This document shows, piece after piece, positions 45,954 to 54,530 of a stretch of DNA of 64,000 nt. The translations under genes were made by a program, and so were the position numbers. The number at the start of each line of letters is the position of its first letter. Positions within the stretch are counted from its first letter, which is position 1. The notes below the pieces were generated by a model. That model did no database searches and was not told the DNA's origin. It worked only from the letters and a program-made list of their open reading frames with translations. Location: sequence record NC_061447.1, one strand, 5' to 3'.

Positions 45954-46411
45954 AAAAGTCGAAAGTTGTAATTAGTCGTGGCGGCTACAGGCCGTCTTCA
46001 CCAGAAGAAGCTCAGAAGCTGGTAGCTGAGTTTATTCTGGGTACCATCGGAGTTAACCCTACTGTTATCAGCCAGCAAATGTTATTGAACGTTGCGAACT
46101 ACAATTACCTGACGTCTATTGCTGACACGGGTAAGGCAAATCAAGCGAACCAGAGCGCATTGCATAAAACTGTAAAAGAACTTAATGCGTTCTGTAGATT
46201 GCACAAGATTCCACTGGGATTACTAATTATGCCGCATACGTCGGCCAGTGATTATGCTGGTGACGAGGTTGTAGCGATTCCTTGGGAGCATGTGCGCACA
46301 AACGCATTGAGCCAGTCTGCCATCGAATCTCTGTTTGAAGTAGTTGTAGCCGATGGTTATCCGCAGTTTGTGACTGATGCGAAAACAGTAGAGGGATACA
46401 ATGTTTTATGA
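45950..46411 (+). CDS. Hypothetical protein
   Basis: ATGA overlap, GGGAG RBS. Confidence 0.75.
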   Translation: MKKSKVVISRGGYRPSSPEEAQKLVAEFILGTIGVNPTVISQQMLLNVANYNYLTSIADTGKANQANQSALHKTVKELNAFCRLHKIPLGLLIMPHTSASDYAGDEVVAIPWEHVRTNALSQSAIESLFEVVVADGYPQFVTDAKTVEGYNVL

Positions 46412-47681
46412 CCACGTATTCAACCACGACCAGAGACAGTTGCTCTTGTCTGTGGCTGAATCTAAATATCTGGTGCGGCTTGACTGCCCCGACTATTTGA
46501 AAAAGTCGAAACATGCAATTGAAGTTCGGCACACAGTAACCAACCGCGGCGAGCAACGCCGTAGCGGTACAATCACAACTGCATTCGTACCTCGCATTCA
46601 TTCCGCAACCGTACAGCGGCTTGTGCGTGAAGTACGTGACACCCAAAGCAAGAGCGCGTCGTCCAGTCTGGCTGCGCTGTTTGAGCTAGGGCTTGGTGTA
46701 CCGAAGCAACATGACATTGCGGTGTACCTGAAAGACTACTGCCAGGAAAACGATAAGAAGGGTGTGGGTATCAAGTATATCCGCAAACTGATTAACGAAT
46801 ACCACCGCAAGCATCGTCATAGCTTCGCGGGAAGTCGCTGGTTGATGCCTGCCGCTTACACGGCGAACATGCTCAACATGCAGTCCTTCATTCATCTGAA
46901 AGAAGACGGCTATGCGAACAAGGTGAAAGTGCCTGATGGTATTCCTGTCGTGTTCATCTACCAGAACACGAATCATGAGCAAGCCACATTTACTTTGTGT
47001 GACGCATTCACGATAAGCCCGCTTGGTTATCCGATGCCGTTCGCACAGATAGCGTTACGACCTGAGTTCAAAGCTGCACCGAAAGAGTTCAAGTCGAAAG
47101 CGCTGCGTGGCAAGAGCATGTATGCGATGGTCATGGGCATGGTTTACTGGACAGAAGGTGATTCTGTTTCTAACTTCCGCGAACTGCAAGATATCGACGA
47201 CGACCCGTACCTGACGTTGCTGTCAAACGACAAGTATGCTGATCGCCGCAGCCCTGAATATCAGGCACTGCTGGACGAACGTGTTGCGTTGAACGAGCAG
47301 GCGCCGAAGTGGAACGCAGTGATTGCCAAGTACGGTAGCACGACTCGAACGCTCAAGCCTGAGCAAGCCGAGAAGCTCCAGAAAGCTAACGACTTCTTCC
47401 AGAAGCGTAAAGAGTTCATGGATGCTTTCGACAAGTTCGAGAAGAAAGAGAACCACCATGCAGCGAAGAAGTTCGCCGCAGCCCGTGCTCTGTTTGCCGC
47501 CGTAGATTGTGGTACTATCATGGACCGCAGTACGTACATGTCGGTATCGTCTGGTCTTGACGATGTGAATAAAATTCTCACTCGGTGGGGATTCACTACA
47601 GTCAACACTGTTAATAGTAGTTTGAAGAAGTCTATCCTTACTTATGACCGCAAAGGCGCAAGTCGCGTCTGGTCACTGTAG
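46401..47681 (+). CDS. Hypothetical protein
   Basis: 426 aa ORF, GAGG RBS. Confidence 0.8.
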   Translation: MFYDHVFNHDQRQLLLSVAESKYLVRLDCPDYLKKSKHAIEVRHTVTNRGEQRRSGTITTAFVPRIHSATVQRLVREVRDTQSKSASSSLAALFELGLGVPKQHDIAVYLKDYCQENDKKGVGIKYIRKLINEYHRKHRHSFAGSRWLMPAAYTANMLNMQSFIHLKEDGYANKVKVPDGIPVVFIYQNTNHEQATFTLCDAFTISPLGYPMPFAQIALRPEFKAAPKEFKSKALRGKSMYAMVMGMVYWTEGDSVSNFRELQDIDDDPYLTLLSNDKYADRRSPEYQALLDERVALNEQAPKWNAVIAKYGSTTRTLKPEQAEKLQKANDFFQKRKEFMDAFDKFEKKENHHAAKKFAAARALFAAVDCGTIMDRSTYMSVSSGLDDVNKILTRWGFTTVNTVNSSLKKSILTYDRKGASRVWSL

Positions 47682-47708
47682 ACAACCTTATCTGAGGAGA
47701 TAACACAA

Positions 47709-50700
47709 ATGTCTAATAATAACCTGGGCGCTGCTGCAACATTCGGTTCTGAGACTCAACGCCAGATCGCTGATGAACAACGTCGCGCTAACTCGTCCGA
47801 GTCGGGCCACATCAACAAATGTACCATCGTTGTTTTGACTTCGCTTAACGCACACGGCCGCTTCTCTTATATGAGCGCCAGTGAGCAACTGCACGAAAAG
47901 CAGATCGAAGGCAAAGTGATGGACCGTCTGCCAAACCTGATCGAACGCGCATCTGGTCCTTCGACTGACCAAAACAGCGCGTACTACATCCTGCATCCAA
48001 ACAACGGTGTGCCTACTCGTATCGACGAGCGCATCAAAGTGGGTGAAGGCGATGCAGTCATCGTTTCGTATACTGTAAATAAAGCAGTGTCGGAGATGCA
48101 CGGCAGTCTGTCGCTTGCTCTGTTCAGTGCTGGCGAAACAGATCTCGCGGACCTCGCAGCCGAGTTTGGCGTTCACTCCATCTCGATTGTCGAAGAAAGC
48201 AAAGCTGGTCCGTACATCCGCGCATTGGCCGCGCAGGTGGAAAATCTGCAAACTGTAAATATCACAAGCATTGATGAAACTGACGGCGCTTTCGATAAAG
48301 CAGTAATCGACTACAGCGCGTTGCCGGCCAATCCTGTTACTGTGCTGTCCGGCGCTGTGCGTACTTTCATCATGCAAACCATTGGCGGCGAGATCGTTGC
48401 TGCAATTCCAAATAACGGAGAACTGAACGTGAAACAACCTACTAACGCAACGCCGGTTAATCTGAACGAAGACTTCGATGCCGAAGACGAAGTTGTAGAT
48501 CAGAACGAAGGCAGCGAAGAAGAAGTCGCGGCCGGCACGGACCTGTTTGGCTACAAGGCTGAAACCCTGAGCGTCGAACAAATGTCCGAAGCGCTTGAAG
48601 CTATAGGCTACACGCTGGACGCTATGAACGAAGACGGCATCCGCGAATCGTTCGAAACTGAGCAGGCCATCTGGCTGGAAAAAAGCGAAAGCGGTGACGA
48701 CTCCGCTGATGACTCTGCGGAAGACGAAGAAGAAGAGGAAGAAGATGGCGAAGAAGAAGACTTCGATGCTGTTCAGTTCCTCGCTTCTGTGCTGGTCGCC
48801 GAAGAGCTTGATCGCGCCGGTCTGAAAGTTCTGATCCGCACTCAGGATATTCCGGTGATGAAGAAAGACACCGTTGAAACTCTGACTGCGAAACTGCTGG
48901 AAGTTGTTGAAGGTGCAACCGAGCAGGAAATGATTGAACTGCTGAACACCTTCGTCGGCGCTCTGCAAGAGCACGAAATCGCCTGCCCTAACATGCTGGC
49001 CGCTCTGTCTTCTGACGAAGAAGACGAAGAAGACGAAGAAGAATCCGATGAAGAAGAATCGGAAGAAGACGAGTCCGAAGACAGCGAAGAAGAAGACGAA
49101 GACGAAGACGAAGTGCAGCACCAGATCGACGCTGTTACCGATCCTCTCGACTACTTCCAGTTTGCTGGCGGTATGCTGACTGCCGAACAACGCGCTGCCG
49201 CTGTTACTGCTATGGGCGAAGACGCCTCAACGATGACCATCGTTCAGGTAATGAAAGCGTTCACCCGCATCCAGGGTCAGGCCAACGAAGAAGTTGAAGC
49301 CGAAGAAGTTGAAACCTCTAACGCCGAGCAAGTTGTTGAGCTGCTGCGCCAGTACGACGACGCTACAATTCAGCACGTAGCAGAAAGCCTGGGCATTCTG
49401 GTCGATGAATGCGAAACTGCTGACGAAATGATCGAAGCGATCATTAACGGCGGTAGCGAAGATGACTTCGCGGCTGTTGAAGAAATCGCAACCAACTACG
49501 GTGTTGACCTGTCAGAGATTGCTGACGAAGACGGTCTGTCGTTTGTTGACGCGCTGCTGGCTGTGCTGCCTGAGTTCCTGGCCGATGACGAATCTGCCGA
49601 TCAGGAAGACGAAGGCGAAAGCGACGAAGAAGCCGAAGATGAAGAAGGCGACTTCGTGGATGACGAAGAAGAAGACGAAGAAGACAGCGCCGAGCAGGCT
49701 GCCGAGTCTGAAACTAACGATCATCTGAAATTCGTTAAAGACGTTGACACCACCAACTCCGTCGGCCCGATGCTGTCTGTCGATATGGACCAGACGCTGA
49801 TCATCAACTTCACTCTGACTGACGGTAACACCTACGGTCCGATTGAAAGCGAACTGTCTGACGTTGGCGGCTTTAACTACCGCTACCCGTTCAATCTGGG
49901 TAAACCTGGTAAAGCGCCTGGCTCTATGCACCTGCCAGCTCAGTCTATTCTGGATATTCTGGAGCGCGTCGGTACTACTCGCTTCCTCGCTAACCCTAAA
50001 ACGTTTGATATTGAAACGTGGGCGGAAAGCCTGGAGCAGACCATCAAGCAGGACCTCGATGCGAACCTGTACGCCGGCCGCATTGAAGACGGCATGGACC
50101 CTACCGAAGCGGGTCTGATTGTTGGTGACTTCATCGACGAAGAAGAAATGGCTCAGGCTGCTGAGATGGGCTATCTCGACGAAGACGGTCTGGACGAAAT
50201 GCAGGGTGATCATCTGCCGCTGGCTAGCCTGTACAGTGCTAAGTCTCGCGTTCGTCCTGTTCAGGTTGACACCGCACACGTTGCGCTGCACACCACCGTG
50301 ATGAACGTAGCTGTCCCAGGCTTCTGGGGTGACTCCGAAGTTTCACGTCTGGTGCAGGCTGCTGTTAACCGCGTTATCTCTCTGGCTGAAACAGTCGAAG
50401 GTATCAAAGTGTACGCTGGCTTCACTATGGAGTCTGCTGCTCTGCTGAACAACGACCGCCTGTTCGAAGCGCTGACCGCACTGCGCGCCATGGAAAACGT
50501 ACAGTCCTACTCTGCTGCTGACGCTGCGAACTTCGACGATGCCGAAGACGTGATCGAAGTAGCAAGTGCGCTGGACTCTCGTGACCTGCCGCTGGCTGTG
50601 CTGTCTGGTGGTCTGGCTGCTGCAACGTTCGACAACGGCGGTGACCTGACCGTGCTGGTGCTGTGCTCTCCTGAGGACGAAGAAGACGAGTCCGCAGAAG

Positions 50701-50720
50701 ACGAAGGCGACGACGAGTAA
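47709..50720 (+). CDS. Very large, highly acidic multidomain protein with HeH-like modules
   Basis: 1003 aa; several poly-D/E tracts; ELDRAGLKVLIRTQDI..MKKDTVETLTAKLL and YDDATIQHVAESLGI...ETADEMIEAII. Confidence 0.9.
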   Translation: MSNNNLGAAATFGSETQRQIADEQRRANSSESGHINKCTIVVLTSLNAHGRFSYMSASEQLHEKQIEGKVMDRLPNLIERASGPSTDQNSAYYILHPNNGVPTRIDERIKVGEGDAVIVSYTVNKAVSEMHGSLSLALFSAGETDLADLAAEFGVHSISIVEESKAGPYIRALAAQVENLQTVNITSIDETDGAFDKAVIDYSALPANPVTVLSGAVRTFIMQTIGGEIVAAIPNNGELNVKQPTNATPVNLNEDFDAEDEVVDQNEGSEEEVAAGTDLFGYKAETLSVEQMSEALEAIGYTLDAMNEDGIRESFETEQAIWLEKSESGDDSADDSAEDEEEEEEDGEEEDFDAVQFLASVLVAEELDRAGLKVLIRTQDIPVMKKDTVETLTAKLLEVVEGATEQEMIELLNTFVGALQEHEIACPNMLAALSSDEEDEEDEEESDEEESEEDESEDSEEEDEDEDEVQHQIDAVTDPLDYFQFAGGMLTAEQRAAAVTAMGEDASTMTIVQVMKAFTRIQGQANEEVEAEEVETSNAEQVVELLRQYDDATIQHVAESLGILVDECETADEMIEAIINGGSEDDFAAVEEIATNYGVDLSEIADEDGLSFVDALLAVLPEFLADDESADQEDEGESDEEAEDEEGDFVDDEEEDEEDSAEQAAESETNDHLKFVKDVDTTNSVGPMLSVDMDQTLIINFTLTDGNTYGPIESELSDVGGFNYRYPFNLGKPGKAPGSMHLPAQSILDILERVGTTRFLANPKTFDIETWAESLEQTIKQDLDANLYAGRIEDGMDPTEAGLIVGDFIDEEEMAQAAEMGYLDEDGLDEMQGDHLPLASLYSAKSRVRPVQVDTAHVALHTTVMNVAVPGFWGDSEVSRLVQAAVNRVISLAETVEGIKVYAGFTMESAALLNNDRLFEALTALRAMENVQSYSAADAANFDDAEDVIEVASALDSRDLPLAVLSGGLAAATFDNGGDLTVLVLCSPEDEEDESAEDEGDDE

Positions 50721-50733
50721 TATCGTCTGATTG

Positions 50734-50760
50734 AGCGGCTCGAAAGGGCCGCTTACTTTT
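50734..50760 (+). terminator. Rho-independent terminator
   Basis: AGCGGCTC-GAAA-GGGCCGCT-TACTTTT. Confidence 0.8.
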
Positions 50761-50777
50761 CTTGGGGATCTGTAAAC

Positions 50778-51608
50778 ATGACACAAGAAGTAGACCACGA
50801 AGCTAACATCGTACAGATGATTAGTACCCGTGACGAGAAAATCCGCGAACTGACCAACGAGCTTGAAGAAGCTATTGGTGATAAGAAAGATGTGGAGAAC
50901 GTCTTAGAGGATGAAGTAAGCCGCAGCACTGTGCTGCGTGTCGCACTCAGACGTAAAGTACGCCAACACGCCGTTGAAATCGCACTGCGCGATGAACGCA
51001 TTAAAGAAGTGGTTGGCTTCTGCAACGAACAAACAGCCGAGCTTAAAAAGCTGCAAGCTGAAAACGAATCTGTAAAGAGTAAACAGAAGCAAGCGAATCC
51101 GCTGCCGTTTGCTCTGCATATGATAATGTGTGCTGGCATTAGCCACTATCACAATGTCGTACAGCAACTCGCACACGGTTCTGTAAACCGTGAAACGAAC
51201 AAAGTGGCCAGAGCGCTTGCTGATTTGAACCGCACCGACGTGGTAGTCAAACAGCCTTCTCTGTATCGCTCTGTCGCAATGTATTGTTCTGCTGTTGGTG
51301 CCGACGCTCCTGCAAGCGCTGCGCTGCTGGGGGAACTCAATAATTACATCCGAGCGAACATCGACCTGTTCCTCAAAGACACCCAGTATGAACAGTCACG
51401 TAAGATGTTACATTGGGTGTGGGAGGCGAAGAATAACTCTGCCCACATGGGCTTCGCCGCACGTAACATTTGTCAGGCCTTCGACTGGTTGCCTATCGCA
51501 TTTGAAAGCGATGCTATTGACCATCTCGAAGATGACGATGATTACGAAGAATTGTTCTGCGAAACACTTCTGAAAATTTGTACGCATCTGATTCGTGATA
51601 GCTTTTAA
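50778..51608 (+). CDS. Hypothetical protein with an N-terminal coiled coil
   Basis: Heptad-like IRELTNELEEAIGDKKDVENVLEDEV; class B motif directly upstream. Confidence 0.8.
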   Translation: MTQEVDHEANIVQMISTRDEKIRELTNELEEAIGDKKDVENVLEDEVSRSTVLRVALRRKVRQHAVEIALRDERIKEVVGFCNEQTAELKKLQAENESVKSKQKQANPLPFALHMIMCAGISHYHNVVQQLAHGSVNRETNKVARALADLNRTDVVVKQPSLYRSVAMYCSAVGADAPASAALLGELNNYIRANIDLFLKDTQYEQSRKMLHWVWEAKNNSAHMGFAARNICQAFDWLPIAFESDAIDHLEDDDDYEELFCETLLKICTHLIRDSF

Positions 51609-51707
51609 TAATCTGTAAAAGTTACCTGCAATCGAAACTGTAAACACTAATTGAAGTTCGAACCGAGCGATACGCTCACACTTTATAAATCCCGGAGCAT
51701 TAAACAA

Positions 51708-52253
51708 ATGGCTAAAGTAACTAAAGGCACTTCACTGGCACCTACCCTGGCTTCTCGCATCGCTAAAAAATCTGGTTCCATTAGCACCTCTAAAGTGAAG
51801 CCTGCTGAACTGCCGCACGACATTCTGATCGAAACAGTTCAGGCTGTTGAGCTGATTGGTTTCATTACTGACCGCACCGATAACAGCGTGACCATCCGCC
51901 ATAAAAAAGGCCACGGTTCTTCTGCGCAGATCATCTCAACCTTCGGTCCGAACCAAATCCTGTCTATCCTGGGCGACGCCGGTCAGCACGGTAGCGTTAC
52001 TGCTCTGGTTAACGCGCCGGTTCGTGAGTACAAAGGCTTCACCGTTAAATACGTCGGCGCCATGATTCACGCAACCTCTGTCGAAACCGGCGAAGTGATT
52101 CACATCAACACTGCTCTGCCTGGCTTCAACGTTCGTCCTACTGTAAACGAAAACGCGGCCGCTAAGAAGTACGGCACCGCTGCTCCAACCAAAGCTAAGA
52201 AAGGCGACAAAGCAGACAAGCCTGCGAAGCTGGTGAAGAAAGTAAAAAAGTAA
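51708..52253 (+). CDS. Beta-rich protein with Lys-rich termini (possible Sm/Hfq-like fold)
   Basis: GGAG RBS; VELIGFITDRTDNSVTI...QILSI pattern; PAKLVKKVKK tail. Confidence 0.8.
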   Translation: MAKVTKGTSLAPTLASRIAKKSGSISTSKVKPAELPHDILIETVQAVELIGFITDRTDNSVTIRHKKGHGSSAQIISTFGPNQILSILGDAGQHGSVTALVNAPVREYKGFTVKYVGAMIHATSVETGEVIHINTALPGFNVRPTVNENAAAKKYGTAAPTKAKKGDKADKPAKLVKKVKK

Positions 52254-52285
52254 TAAAGTCTGACGAAGACTTTTAACTGACTTTC

Positions 52286-52357
52286 TGAAATCTGTAAACA
52301 TTAAGTATGCAGCGAGATAAAATGTTCTCGCTGCCTGTCTCTCGAAATCTGTAAATC
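52286..52357 (+). promoter_or_regulatory. Tandem GAAATCTGTAAA motifs (class B) upstream of the polyacidic gene
   Basis: GAAATCTGTAAACA (52287) and GAAATCTGTAAATC (52344); a third GAAATCTGTAAATA at 59391. Confidence 0.6.
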
Positions 52358-52402
52358 TTAATTGAAGCAACATCGCTTCTAATCAAACAGGAAATAAATA
52401 TC

Positions 52403-53212
52403 ATGGCTAAAGCTGCTAAAGCAACCGTTAACACCGCATCTCTGGTTCTGGCTAAAATGCTGGGTGTTGTAGTGGAAAACGCGACCGACAAAGAAATCGC
52501 CGCGCTGCTCACCTCTGCCGGCCTGACCGTGTCTGGTGGCAAAGTTGTTAAAGCTGACAAAGGCGGTAAAGCTGCTAAAGGCAAAAAGCCTAAGGCACCA
52601 ACCGTCGCTGAAATCGTCGCTGCTGTGAAAGAAGAAGACGAACTGGATATCTCCGGCGTCGATGAAGACACTCTGCGCGAAGCAGTTGTCAAAGCCAAGC
52701 TGTCCACCGCTAAGAAAGCGAAAGCGCTGGACGAAGATGAACTGCGCGAACTGCTGAACGATAACCTGGGTGGCGAGTCCGAAGAGGACGAAGACGAAGA
52801 AGAAGAGGACGAAGACGAGGACGAAGACGACTCGGACGACGAAGATGAAGACGGCGACGACGAAGACGAAGACGACGAAGACTCTGATGAAGAGGACGAC
52901 GAAGACGACGACGAAGACGGCGACGACGAAGATGAAGATGAAGAGGACGACGAAGACGAAGAAGAAGACGACGAAGATGAAGACGAGGACGAAGATGACG
53001 AACTCGACCTCGACTCCCTCGACGAAGACGAACTTCGCGCCCTGGTAATCGAACACAAGCTGGCCACCGCCAAAAAGGCGAAGAAGATGGACGAAGATGA
53101 ACTGCGCGAACTCTGCGAAAGTCACTTCGGTGGTGAAGACGACGAAGACGAAGATGAAGACGAAGACGACGAAGACTTCGACGATGAAGACGAAGACGAA
53201 GACGACGAGTAA
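52403..53212 (+). CDS. Polyacidic disordered protein with two HeH-like modules
   Basis: A near-pure D/E tract of tens of residues flanked by DEDTLREAVVKAKLSTAKKAKALDEDELRELL and DEDELRALVIEHKLATAKKAKKMDEDELRELC. Confidence 0.9.
   Translation: MAKAAKATVNTASLVLAKMLGVVVENATDKEIAALLTSAGLTVSGGKVVKADKGGKAAKGKKPKAPTVAEIVAAVKEEDELDISGVDEDTLREAVVKAKLSTAKKAKALDEDELRELLNDNLGGESEEDEDEEEEDEDEDEDDSDDEDEDGDDEDEDDEDSDEEDDEDDDEDGDDEDEDEEDDEDEEEDDEDEDEDEDDELDLDSLDEDELRALVIEHKLATAKKAKKMDEDELRELCESHFGGEDDEDEDEDEDDEDFDDEDEDEDDE
52780..53000 (+). repeat. Low-complexity (GAC/GAA/GAT)n repeat encoding poly-Asp/Glu
   Basis: Directly visible GACGAAGAC-type triplet runs. Confidence 0.9.
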
Positions 53213-53261
53213 TATCTTCTGACCGGCGCGCCCCTCTAGTTCTCTGTGAATGAGCGAGGGG

Positions 53262-53352
53262 CAAATATTCGAGAAAACTTTTCGAATATTTTTGTAAAAA
53301 GTTTCAAAATTCCTTGCAGACGTATGTTGAATATAATAATGTACGTCTACAG
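53262..53352 (+). promoter_or_regulatory. Promoter region with two inverted repeats upstream of the H1-like gene
   Basis: AAATATTCGA-N9-TCGAATATTT (about 53262-53290); TGCAGACGTA...TACGTCTACA flanking TATAAT at 53332. Confidence 0.6.
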
Positions 53353-53428
53353 GGAAACAAACCTGAACAAATTTATCTTTTCATCCAGCGGTGAAAACGC
53401 CGCATCAAAAACAAAGTAAGGAAATCGT

Positions 53429-53947
53429 ATGTCTAAGAAAGCAATCAGCGGCCTGAACAAAGAAATCCGTGCCCTGGACAAATCTGAAAAAAATCTGGTT
53501 AAAACTGCTGCCAGCCTGACTAAAGAAGCCGAAGCGATCGCACAGCGCCGCGCCGGTCTGACCGCTCAGGTTGAAGCTCTGTCTGCTGACGGCGCTGCTC
53601 CAGCTAAAGCTGCTAAACCAGCGAAAGCTGAGAAAGCCGCTAAGCCTGCTAAAGCAGAAAAAGCTGCTAAGAAAGCAAAAGCTGAGAAGCCTGCTAAAGC
53701 TGAAAAAGCTGGCAAGAAAGCTAAAGCAGAAAAACCTGCTAAAGCTGAGAAAGCCGCTAAGCCTGCTAAAGCAGACAAAAAAGCGAAAGCTGAAAAGCCA
53801 GCCAAAGCTGATAAAAAAGCTAAAGCTGAAAAATCCGCTAAGCCTGCTAAAGCAGACAAAGCTGCCAAGAAAGTGAAAGGCGATAAAAAAGCCAAAGGCG
53901 GCAAGCAGAAAAAACAAGAAGAAGACTTCGACTTCGAAATGGAATAA
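53429..53947 (+). CDS. Histone H1-like (AlgP/Hc1-type) Lys/Ala-rich protein with an N-terminal coiled coil
   Basis: Many PAKA(E/D)K(A/K)AK repeats; N-terminal heptads; short acidic C-terminus EEDFDFEME; AAGGA RBS. Confidence 0.85.
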   Translation: MSKKAISGLNKEIRALDKSEKNLVKTAASLTKEAEAIAQRRAGLTAQVEALSADGAAPAKAAKPAKAEKAAKPAKAEKAAKKAKAEKPAKAEKAGKKAKAEKPAKAEKAAKPAKADKKAKAEKPAKADKKAKAEKSAKPAKADKAAKKVKGDKKAKGGKQKKQEEDFDFEME

Positions 53948-53980
53948 GCAAGTAATCGCGCACTAGCGGTCACTTGATCG

Positions 53981-54012
53981 AAAGGGCAGCGCTGACGAGC
54001 GTTTGCCCTTTT
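53981..54012 (+). terminator. Rho-independent terminator
   Basis: AAAGGGCAGCGCT-GACG-AGCGTTTGCCCTTTT. Confidence 0.85.
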
Positions 54013-54044
54013 GTCTTATCTGCACGAATTTTTGAGGTAATGCC

Positions 54045-54530
54045 ATGTCTGCCGAACATCTGCTTAACGACGACCTGCCTGACGATACTCGACCGTCAAA
54101 ACAAACTCCAGAAAAACCTTCCTATTACGACCTGATGACGCTACGCCTTGAAGCTGGTGCTCGTCTTGCTCGCTCTCTCAAAACCCTGTGTGATGCTAAC
54201 GTGATCTCAAATGCCGTCAATGAACCTCTGCTGAAACAAGCTCTCGATAAGGCAGAGAAGTATTGGGCTGAAATTTGCATGGGTCAAATACCTGCATCCG
54301 ATAACGGCCTGCTGAATGACGTCAAGCTCAGGGACGACCTACCTGCCTGTGTCGAAGCGTTCCGCATTGTTGTGATGGAACATGCTCAACGTGAAGCATT
54401 GGAGCGTGAGTGCCGTAATATGATTGACCACGTTGGTGGCTTCAAACTTCTCACTCAGCCTCAAGTGCTGCATATCGAAACCAAACACGTCTGCAATGGG
54501 GATTGCGATCATGACTCAGAAACTGTCTGA
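54045..54530 (+). CDS. Hypothetical protein
   Basis: GAGG RBS. Confidence 0.75.
   Translation: MSAEHLLNDDLPDDTRPSKQTPEKPSYYDLMTLRLEAGARLARSLKTLCDANVISNAVNEPLLKQALDKAEKYWAEICMGQIPASDNGLLNDVKLRDDLPACVEAFRIVVMEHAQREALERECRNMIDHVGGFKLLTQPQVLHIETKHVCNGDCDHDSETV

Noticed and set aside
47688-49190. 500-aa minus-strand ORF, plus similar antisense ORFs over 42618-45147 and elsewhere
   Set aside because: They fully overlap well-supported + strand genes. Strong codon bias explains the open antisense frames, and every promoter, RBS and terminator I found points to the + strand.
52273-53264. Long minus-strand ORFs (poly-Ser, Phe/Val-rich and Arg/Leu-rich)
   Set aside because: They are shadows of the GAC/GAA acidic repeat on the + strand, which lacks stops in the reverse frames; they have no RBS and implausible composition.
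52780-53880. Repeats that might suggest a CRISPR array or VNTR
   Set aside because: The repeats are degenerate, in-frame and coding (poly-D/E; PAKAEK), with no constant repeat and unique spacer pattern.
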